From a virus, in the IMG/VR virus record IMGVR_UViG_3300018080_000110, positions 64,001-128,000 of that record: 64,000 nt of DNA, one strand, 5' to 3'. Shown here one piece after another: positions 57,546 through 64,000 of the stretch. Position 1 is the first letter of the stretch. Each line of letters opens with the position of its first letter. The notes under the pieces are model-generated. The model had not been told where the DNA came from. It did no database searches and saw nothing but the letters and a program-made list of their open reading frames with translations. A program made the translations under genes and the position numbers.

Positions 57546-60418
57546 AGAGACCTGTTCAAGAGATCTTCTTCCTCTTCCAAGTCTGGGACATCATCGATTT
57601 CCGTAACTCCGCTCTCGTCATCTTGGTCCGAGAAATCGAAGTTCGCGTCCGTATCTTCGAAGGAACTGATCAATCTATCGTCTACGTTTTCCTCGTCCAG
57701 TGTCCTCCCTTGAGGTACATCATTTTGCGCGATAGCCCGCATTTTCTCCAGTAAATTACCGCCATACGAAGAGGCATCCTTGGTCAACCCAAAGAACTCG
57801 GATATCTCTCCCAGGAGCAAGAGCTCATGAGCCCTGTCCATACCGCGCTCTTGCAGCATGTCCAGAATTGCGTCGATCCTCGGTACCGCAGATGTCGTAA
57901 AGTCCTCCAAAATGACCGATAGTTGATCGTACACATTGTAGAGGTTATTGGCCGCAGTTGTGGCGGTGCCCACTAACGCTGCTGATGGATTCTTGTTGAC
58001 CAAAAGTGGGTTCAGCGTGCGCTCTAGCTCCAATATGTCTTCGGCATACTTCGACGTCTCAAGAACGGAAGAAAACCAATTGGACAGGGCGGAAGCAAAA
58101 GACGCGTAGGCTAAAGCCCCCCCGCTGTCGATCTGGTACAGATGGGAAACAAGATCGTTCACCACTTCAGGAGTGACTTCGATCTGGTACCCGTCATCTG
58201 TTACCGCGGTAACAGTATGTTGGGTCGCGTAGGTAGGCCCCTTCAGTGTCAGCACGTCCCCTACCGCCACATCCTCTCTACTAAAGCTCAAATCCTTGCC
58301 TGAGCTACGCACTTTCACCCCGGAAGTGCTGCCTCGAACAGTCCCCGGGGTAAGACCAATCTCCGAGTTCGCAGAAGCGGCGTTCACGGTCAGTGCAGAA
58401 GTTAGATCTAAAGTGTCAGAATTGATGATCAAGCGATCTCGGTGTATCTCCCAATTCTGATTCTGAGACTCGTCCCCCGTGACTGCGGAAAACGGTCTGC
58501 CCACCGTGAGCTCATCGAACAAGCCGCCCAAGTTCACGGCCGTGATAGGGTACCAGCCGAAGTTGTCCCCATTGGCTACGCGCAACCTGTCGCTCGTAGA
58601 GATAGGAGCAGAAATAGTCCCAGAAGGCAGACGGAGCTTGTAGTCACTCCCGTCCAGTACAGCCACACCACCAGTCCCCGACTGCACGGTCTGTTCATCC
58701 CGCTCGGTAGACACACCACTCAAAGCAGAGATCTCACTATCCAAATCGTCAATGGTGACGTACGTTGATCGATCTTCTTGACCCTCGTAGAAGCCGAGTG
58801 CGATCACCGCTCCCTCTTGGGCGGAAGTGGACGAATCCACCAGCACGTGTGACCCCTCCCCGTAACTGAGAGAGGATACTTTCACGACAGTGATAGATCC
58901 AGATACAGTGACAACAGTTTCTGCAGAAGCGTCTATTGCCGCAGAGGCCCCAGCAATGTCTGCAGCAACCTGAGCTGCTGTCCGCGTAGATCCCGTCGTG
59001 AGAGCTGCTACAACTACGGTTGTGTCATCTACAACGAAACGAATGGAGTCGTTGGCGTCCTGACCCGATGCTTCTTGTTCATCTGTGAACCCTAATGCTG
59101 GGTTCAGTGTGGGGTTGGACCCGAGTACGATCGAATGCCTACCCACGGAATCGTACTCGATGTGTAGACTGCCCCCGACATCCGACGCTGTGGCTACGTC
59201 GTCAAAAGTTCCTGCAACCCCGTCAATGCGCGTTGCGGCATTGATCTCAGCAGCGACCTGAGACGCAGTCCTAGACCCAGATGTGAGAGAGGTCTGGTAC
59301 CCAATACCGTCCACGTAAATGCGAAAAGAGTTATCTGGAGAAGCAGGCACCGTGTAAGGCCCTGACCCGGAGCTCGTCATCTCGGCCGTACTGGCCGCGT
59401 GTATGTCGTATGACTCGTCGATGGAACCGATAACTGAAGCAGGATCGTCTGGAGTCAGGGTGACCACCTGCTCCAATCCCTCGTTTACCTCTATCTTGAT
59501 CTCGTTCGTAGACGGCGTAATGAGGTACGGAGCAGAAATAGTCGGAGACAAAGAAGCAGCCGTGGCTTCTGAAGCTGGGTAAGCCGCAGCCGCTCTATCA
59601 GACGAACTGGAGGAGGACGCCATCCTAGACTCACGTGGATCTGATATCGACGTGAGGTTAGTGATAACAGACTTACCGGCCTGGATCCTAAGGAAGGCGT
59701 CCCTCGTTATCTCGATCGCCCCGTCCCTTGTCTTTCCGTCAAACTCATCCTTGAGATCTCTGAGGTCTTTGCGGACTTTTTGTACCGAAGTCTGAATAGA
59801 CAGGAGCGGAAGATTGGCGGATAGGAATTCGCTCATCGACTCTGTGAGCTTCTCTGCCTCTGAGACCACGGTGACGTGCAAGTCTCGGAGCTCGGCTATG
59901 TTCTCCTTGATCGACGATTGCGCTTTCTGCGGCGGGCGCACGATCTCGTAAGTCTCGGGAAACGACGACCCCGTCGCGCGACGAACATTTGGTGTCAGGG
60001 AGCCCGAGGTGAAATTGTCCAGCGACCTGCTGTATCTGCTGAACGGTTGATCTGTGATCGCATTGTTGTTCTCGATGGTCCTCTCGACTTCGAGCAATGC
60101 AGCCGCAGCATCAGACAAGAGACTGGTCTGCGTCACCTCTTTGGTGTCCCTACCAACCTCGCCAATACCGTCGATGATGTCGTCCAGATACTCTATGGCC
60201 TGCTCGACGTCTTGATTGACGCGGTTGGCCGCCAGAGAGAGCAAGTAGAAGATGGCACTGGGGTTGAAGACAAGCGTGCTGGCCGCTATCTCTCGTACCT
60301 CGCCAAACGTGTAGTTTGTGTCCAGAGGACCGAGAGGAGTACGCTCGGTCTTCACCTCCTGGCGGACGAACTGGCTTACAGCGTCTTCCAGTTCTTCGTC
60401 AGTGAAGTTGGCCATCAA
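57542..60418 (-). CDS. Large tail/baseplate structural protein (958 aa)
   Basis: Helical termini around repeated LT.G.RTA.QVAA.I sheath-like accessory modules. Confidence 0.7.
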   Translation of the reverse strand: MMANFTDEELEDAVSQFVRQEVKTERTPLGPLDTNYTFGEVREIAASTLVFNPSAIFYLLSLAANRVNQDVEQAIEYLDDIIDGIGEVGRDTKEVTQTSLLSDAAAALLEVERTIENNNAITDQPFSRYSRSLDNFTSGSLTPNVRRATGSSFPETYEIVRPPQKAQSSIKENIAELRDLHVTVVSEAEKLTESMSEFLSANLPLLSIQTSVQKVRKDLRDLKDEFDGKTRDGAIEITRDAFLRIQAGKSVITNLTSISDPRESRMASSSSSSDRAAAAYPASEATAASLSPTISAPYLITPSTNEIKIEVNEGLEQVVTLTPDDPASVIGSIDESYDIHAASTAEMTSSGSGPYTVPASPDNSFRIYVDGIGYQTSLTSGSRTASQVAAEINAATRIDGVAGTFDDVATASDVGGSLHIEYDSVGRHSIVLGSNPTLNPALGFTDEQEASGQDANDSIRFVVDDTTVVVAALTTGSTRTAAQVAADIAGASAAIDASAETVVTVSGSITVVKVSSLSYGEGSHVLVDSSTSAQEGAVIALGFYEGQEDRSTYVTIDDLDSEISALSGVSTERDEQTVQSGTGGVAVLDGSDYKLRLPSGTISAPISTSDRLRVANGDNFGWYPITAVNLGGLFDELTVGRPFSAVTGDESQNQNWEIHRDRLIINSDTLDLTSALTVNAASANSEIGLTPGTVRGSTSGVKVRSSGKDLSFSREDVAVGDVLTLKGPTYATQHTVTAVTDDGYQIEVTPEVVNDLVSHLYQIDSGGALAYASFASALSNWFSSVLETSKYAEDILELERTLNPLLVNKNPSAALVGTATTAANNLYNVYDQLSVILEDFTTSAVPRIDAILDMLQERGMDRAHELLLLGEISEFFGLTKDASSYGGNLLEKMRAIAQNDVPQGRTLDEENVDDRLISSFEDTDANFDFSDQDDESGVTEIDDVPDLEEEEDLLNRSL

Positions 60419-60765
60419 ACTCTCCTAATGAGATCAAACTTGCGCACGTCCCGTGGCAGCAGAGCTAGAGTCTTTGTTCTGATCCTGTTTGGGTCTTGAT
60501 CTAGAACTTCGCAGATGCTCTGGAAAGAAGTGAAGCGATCTAATGGGTGCATCTCCATTATTTCACGCTCGTCGAACATCCACTTGAATGCGTCCACAGC
60601 TGTACGCCTGTTGACCAACCTTTTGTCGTTTTTGTACAGAGCGATGTCAAAAGCAGCCCTGCGAATGACAGCTGCCAAAAGTACCTTGACTTGATTGTAT
60701 TGCGGTCGCGACTCCCTCACGACTAGCACCGTTGGAACGTCGAACATGTCTGGAAATTTGATCAT
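60415..60765 (-). CDS. Hypothetical helical protein
   Basis: LLAAVIRRAAFD...AFKWMF...SFQSICEVLDQDP..IR; coupled to neighbours. Confidence 0.65.
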   Translation of the reverse strand: MIKFPDMFDVPTVLVVRESRPQYNQVKVLLAAVIRRAAFDIALYKNDKRLVNRRTAVDAFKWMFDEREIMEMHPLDRFTSFQSICEVLDQDPNRIRTKTLALLPRDVRKFDLIRRV

Positions 60766-61697
60766 TAGCTCACCGTGATAGAGAGAGGAGTGTACGTGAT
60801 CCCCGCATCTGGGATTACCACGATCGACTCGTCCCTTCTGCTCACGTCGAGCTGGGTCGATCCCGCTGCTAGTCCGGTGATAGAAATGGTGTCGGAGCCA
60901 ACAGACACAGACGCTACATCAGAATCTGCGGCCTCGTATTCGACGTCTTCTCCGGCTGCCCCGTCGAGAACACGTTGGTCTGACCCAACAACCGTCGGGG
61001 TGACCTCGACAGTCTCACCAACCGAGATAGAGACGGAAGTCGGAACAAACGTTACCTGCTCCACTACGGGGAAGAGAAGCTCCACCAGATTCTCAGAAGA
61101 CGCATCCGGTACAACGACCTCCCTCTGGCAATCTTCCAGCGTCTCTACCTCAACTGAGTATTCTCCCCCCCTATAGAGGTCTATTTCCAGATATCCGTCC
61201 TCGTCTGTACGAGCATGGATATCCCCCCACATGACACTGTCTCCGTCTACGACAGCAGGCTTGAAACGGGGAGTGAAGATCACGTCCAGGTTCGGATAAG
61301 GAGACCCATCAGCCCGTTTGAAGAAACCGCTGGCGCGGCACAGACGTGGGTCTGTGGCCACAGGACGAGAGAAGGTCTCCCCCTTCACCGTGAAGTCATT
61401 CGTTCCGCTCGGAGAGGAGGCAGCAGGCGTCCACACTTCAATGAGCTGAGGTGACTTCGAGTCGTCCCCGAGACTGCCGTCAAACGCTACACCCACCTTC
61501 GACAAACGGATCTGGTACTCGTTAGGAGGATCGTCCCCATCTAGTGTGAAGTCCGCGATACCGTTGACATCGGTGTAGTCTTGGCTGATGAAGACTACTC
61601 CTGCAGCATCGAACACACGCACCAGTACTTGGTCGATGGGGTCCGCTGTAGGAGTCTGTTCGTCCTCTACGAATATCTGAACAGTTTCACTCGCCAT
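60765..61697 (-). CDS. Virion protein with prealbumin/carboxypeptidase-regulatory-like domains and a C-terminal Big_2 Ig domain
   Basis: TD.NG.A.F.L, TDEDGY.EIDL; SISVGETV...DSDVASV....ITGLAAGST. Confidence 0.7.
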   Translation of the reverse strand: MASETVQIFVEDEQTPTADPIDQVLVRVFDAAGVVFISQDYTDVNGIADFTLDGDDPPNEYQIRLSKVGVAFDGSLGDDSKSPQLIEVWTPAASSPSGTNDFTVKGETFSRPVATDPRLCRASGFFKRADGSPYPNLDVIFTPRFKPAVVDGDSVMWGDIHARTDEDGYLEIDLYRGGEYSVEVETLEDCQREVVVPDASSENLVELLFPVVEQVTFVPTSVSISVGETVEVTPTVVGSDQRVLDGAAGEDVEYEAADSDVASVSVGSDTISITGLAAGSTQLDVSRRDESIVVIPDAGITYTPLSITVS

Positions 61698-61762
61698 CTT
61701 CGTGTCTCCAAGATGCGTTGAGCGCGGCGGACTCTACCGATCCTAGAGGAACACTGGGCGAA

Positions 61763-62716
61763 TTACGATCTCCTCGGGGCATAAGGCAAATCCGGCTGCT
61801 TGATCTCTAGTTGACCACCGACAACCAGACTATCATCCAAAAGATCGAAGGTCGACCCAGTGTCAGGTACTCTGATTCGTCGAACAATTGAGGTACCCAC
61901 GAATATTACATCCACCAGAGATCCCTTCACAAGTGTCGTCTCTGCGTACCCGGCTCCGTCAGTCTCGATCGTGATGGACTCCCCAAAGATCCCGTAGTCA
62001 TCGGCCTTCACTTCATCAAAAACGTTGACGATGGTGATCTTTCTTTCAGCCAGAGCTACGCCGTCTAGTCCAGCAAGTAGCACCGTGCCCACAATGAGGT
62101 TGGAGGCGTCGATTACAGCCCCGGTATCTCCCTGGACCCAATCCGACCAATCACTGTAGATACCGTTTACTGTGTGCAGATAACGCGTCCGGTAGTAATA
62201 GCTCGACAACCCGCTACCGTCGTCGAACTCGTACTCCTCTACGCCAGCCTGCAGAGCTACATGCTCCGCCTCCCCATTGTCTTTGTCCCCAACCGTGAAT
62301 CCGAGCTCCGTTAGAGCTGTTCCACTGACGATTTCTAGGGTGTACTCCGTGCCGTCGTTGTCCGTCTCGAGCTTCAGCTGCCCTGTACCGTCGTCAGACG
62401 GCGTAGCGTCCAAACCGGCTAGGGTGAGAGCGTCTGCGATCTCGTTCACTACATCTGGAATCGCGACTGGATCTGGGGAAGTGAAGGTTACCGTAACAGA
62501 GGTTCCGTTGACCTTGAAAGTGAAGGTCTTGCCGTTGACGATGAAAGGACCTTCTTCGGTCCCTGTCAGCGCGGCCGGTTGAGCAGTCAACTCTGTCAGG
62601 TCCACTTCCGTAGTCGTAGGAGGAGCCGTGGTAGACCGCTGGACCTCGATTGCGTCGTAGAGCGACATGACATTCGCCAACTCTGCAACGTAGATTTTGA
62701 TCTTGATGGTGGCCAC
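61763..62716 (-). CDS. Virion structural protein
   Basis: GAGGAG RBS then GTG; beta-rich with a sheath-like module and a TDG.GY.E..L motif. Confidence 0.7.
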   Translation of the reverse strand: MATIKIKIYVAELANVMSLYDAIEVQRSTTAPPTTTEVDLTELTAQPAALTGTEEGPFIVNGKTFTFKVNGTSVTVTFTSPDPVAIPDVVNEIADALTLAGLDATPSDDGTGQLKLETDNDGTEYTLEIVSGTALTELGFTVGDKDNGEAEHVALQAGVEEYEFDDGSGLSSYYYRTRYLHTVNGIYSDWSDWVQGDTGAVIDASNLIVGTVLLAGLDGVALAERKITIVNVFDEVKADDYGIFGESITIETDGAGYAETTLVKGSLVDVIFVGTSIVRRIRVPDTGSTFDLLDDSLVVGGQLEIKQPDLPYAPRRS

Positions 62717-62718
62717 GG

Positions 62719-62901
62719 CTACTCCTCGTCAGCCTCAATGATCTTGGGCTTCAATGCACTCGGGTCGCTGGGAGCGATGACGTCTCTCACTTGCGGCTTC
62801 AGCTCCACGCGCTTGACGATTTCTGGCTTGTACGCAGGGATGACATCATCTTCTGGCCTGCGCCAGCAAATGAATCCATGCGTCACCAGGCTGATGCTCA
62901 T
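62719..62901 (-). CDS. Small hypothetical protein (60 aa)
   Basis: GGAG RBS; fills the gap between two structural genes. Confidence 0.55.
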   Translation of the reverse strand: MSISLVTHGFICWRRPEDDVIPAYKPEIVKRVELKPQVRDVIAPSDPSALKPKIIEADEE

Positions 62902-62913
62902 AGCGTCTCCAAG

Positions 62914-64000
62914 TTAGGGGTTCAAGGTGACTCTGTACGTATCCGGCTTGCCGACGGCAGTGTACGAAGACTCCATGGTGTACGAGGCGATCAATCCCGT
63001 CGTGTAGTTGTCTCCATCAGTGGCTGCGTCGGCATTAGCCTTCGAATCGTAGATACGGATCCTAGCAGACGTCAGCTGATTATCCGCGTCTAATACCATG
63101 TTGTCGATAAAAGCGTTCTCGTGGTTCAGCCCCAAAACACGGAGCATTTTAGCCACCATATCGGTGGTATCAGCGAGAATATCCTCGATCGTCCCCGTAT
63201 CTGTAGTGGGATCTGTTTGCGACCCGTCCAACGCCAAGCGGTAGCGGATCTGTTCCTTCTCCGCCGTTGTCCAGCCTCCCCCAGCAGATCCTCCTTGCCA
63301 CGTACCAGCACCGTGAGCTGCAGTCAGAACCACGTCCACAGCGGTCGGCACAGCAGAAATCGCCGCATCCAAATTGTCCAAAAGGGCCGCTCTCACAGCG
63401 GTGTACCCCTGTGTATCCAAAGCAGACTGCACATCGGCTTGACTCAAATCGTTGAGCGCTCCAACTGCTGAGAGCACAGCTGAGATGGCAGCATCCAAAT
63501 TGTCGAGGAGCGCAGCCCTCACTGAGCTGTACCCTTGGTTGTCCAGCGCTGTTTGGACATCGGCGACGCTCAGGTTGTTGAGAGATGAGATAGCTGCGTC
63601 CAAATTGTCGATCAAAGACGCGCGAACAGTTGTGTACCCTTGGTTGTCCAAAGCGGTCTGTACATCTGCAATGCTCAAATTGTTGAGCGACGAAATAGCC
63701 ACGTCCAGGTTATCTAGATTCGAAGCGCGGACTGTGGTGTACCCTTGCGCAGTCAAAGCGGCTTGAACGTCCGATTGATCGACATCGTTGAGAGCAGCAA
63801 TAGCAGCCTGAGTCGTGTTGTGCTCCGCAATCTGGTTGCTCTCATCGGCTGGGTCTACTGGTAGACGGGAATCCACAGCAGCCGTATCCGCTAAGATATC
63901 CTCGATGGTGCCTGTGTTCGTGGTTGGATCTGTTTGCACCCCATCCATAGCGAGGCGATAACGTATCTGCTCACGCTCAGCGGAGCTCCAATCAGTAGTC
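62914..64000 (-). CDS. Repeat-containing fibre-like protein, 5' end outside the window
   Basis: Frame stays open to the right edge (TTDWSSAEREQIRYRLAMDG...); repeats described in the repeat feature. Confidence 0.75.
   Translation of the reverse strand, partial: TTDWSSAEREQIRYRLAMDGVQTDPTTNTGTIEDILADTAAVDSRLPVDPADESNQIAEHNTTQAAIAALNDVDQSDVQAALTAQGYTTVRASNLDNLDVAISSLNNLSIADVQTALDNQGYTTVRASLIDNLDAAISSLNNLSVADVQTALDNQGYSSVRAALLDNLDAAISAVLSAVGALNDLSQADVQSALDTQGYTAVRAALLDNLDAAISAVPTAVDVVLTAAHGAGTWQGGSAGGGWTTAEKEQIRYRLALDGSQTDPTTDTGTIEDILADTTDMVAKMLRVLGLNHENAFIDNMVLDADNQLTSARIRIYDSKANADAATDGDNYTTGLIASYTMESSYTAVGKPDTYRVTLNP
63350..63800 (-). repeat. Four ~35-42-aa tandem repeats LN(N/D)LS.ADVQ.ALD.QGY..VRA.L.DNLDAAIS
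   Basis: Visible in protein and DNA (recurring TACCCTTG/CCAAATTGTC); flanked by two copies of W..AE.EQIRYRLA.DG.QTDPTT.TGTIEDILADT. Confidence 0.85.

Noticed and set aside
61718-61762. Further sigma70-like promoter upstream of 61697 (TAGAGT)
   Set aside because: The -10-like hexamer resembles the others but there is no acceptable -35 at 17-18 nt.
62914-64000. Repeats as a diversity-generating retroelement template/variable pair
   Set aside because: The repeats are in-frame protein repeats, I saw no adenine-specific mismatch pattern, and no reverse transcriptase is in the window.
1-64000. Alternative genetic code (stop-codon reassignment)
   Set aside because: Genes are full length and tightly packed under the standard code, and TAA, TAG and TGA all serve as stops.

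Overview
This window is a 64-kb piece of a large tailed-phage genome (jumbo/myovirus-like, standard genetic code). I saw no tRNA, rRNA or CRISPR. There are two minus-strand virion blocks. The first (1-19047) has a baseplate spike, a single-chain fused beta-beta' RNA polymerase, a portal with two LAGLIDADG inteins and putative internal head proteins. The second (36837-64000) has lysis-type membrane proteins, an InPase-domain protein, a beta-helix tail fibre and baseplate/Ig-like proteins. Between them lies a plus-strand replication/recombination operon (19217-36117): SF2 helicase, UDG, DUF932, Hfq/Sm-like protein, DnaB, primase, SSB, PolA, RecA, Cas4-like, HJR and RusA. Six things stand out that the ORF track does not show. 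(1) A 298-nt ORF-less group I intron splits PolA motif B. (2) A ~510-nt, heavily base-paired non-coding region with its own promoter-like motif is a candidate new large ncRNA. (3) There is a textbook -1 frameshift cassette in a non-tail gene. (4) A shared N-terminal 'F-x-D-E-L-E-K-x-A' leader and repeated K-x-A sites mark unrelated virion proteins, suggesting a capsid-targeting/cleavage code. (5) Two promoter classes sort by strand: sigma70-like TTGAYY-N17/18-TAGnnT for structural genes and (T/G)ATAAG for replication genes. (6) Many replication proteins carry basic terminal tails. All protein calls come from motif recognition by eye, without database searches.
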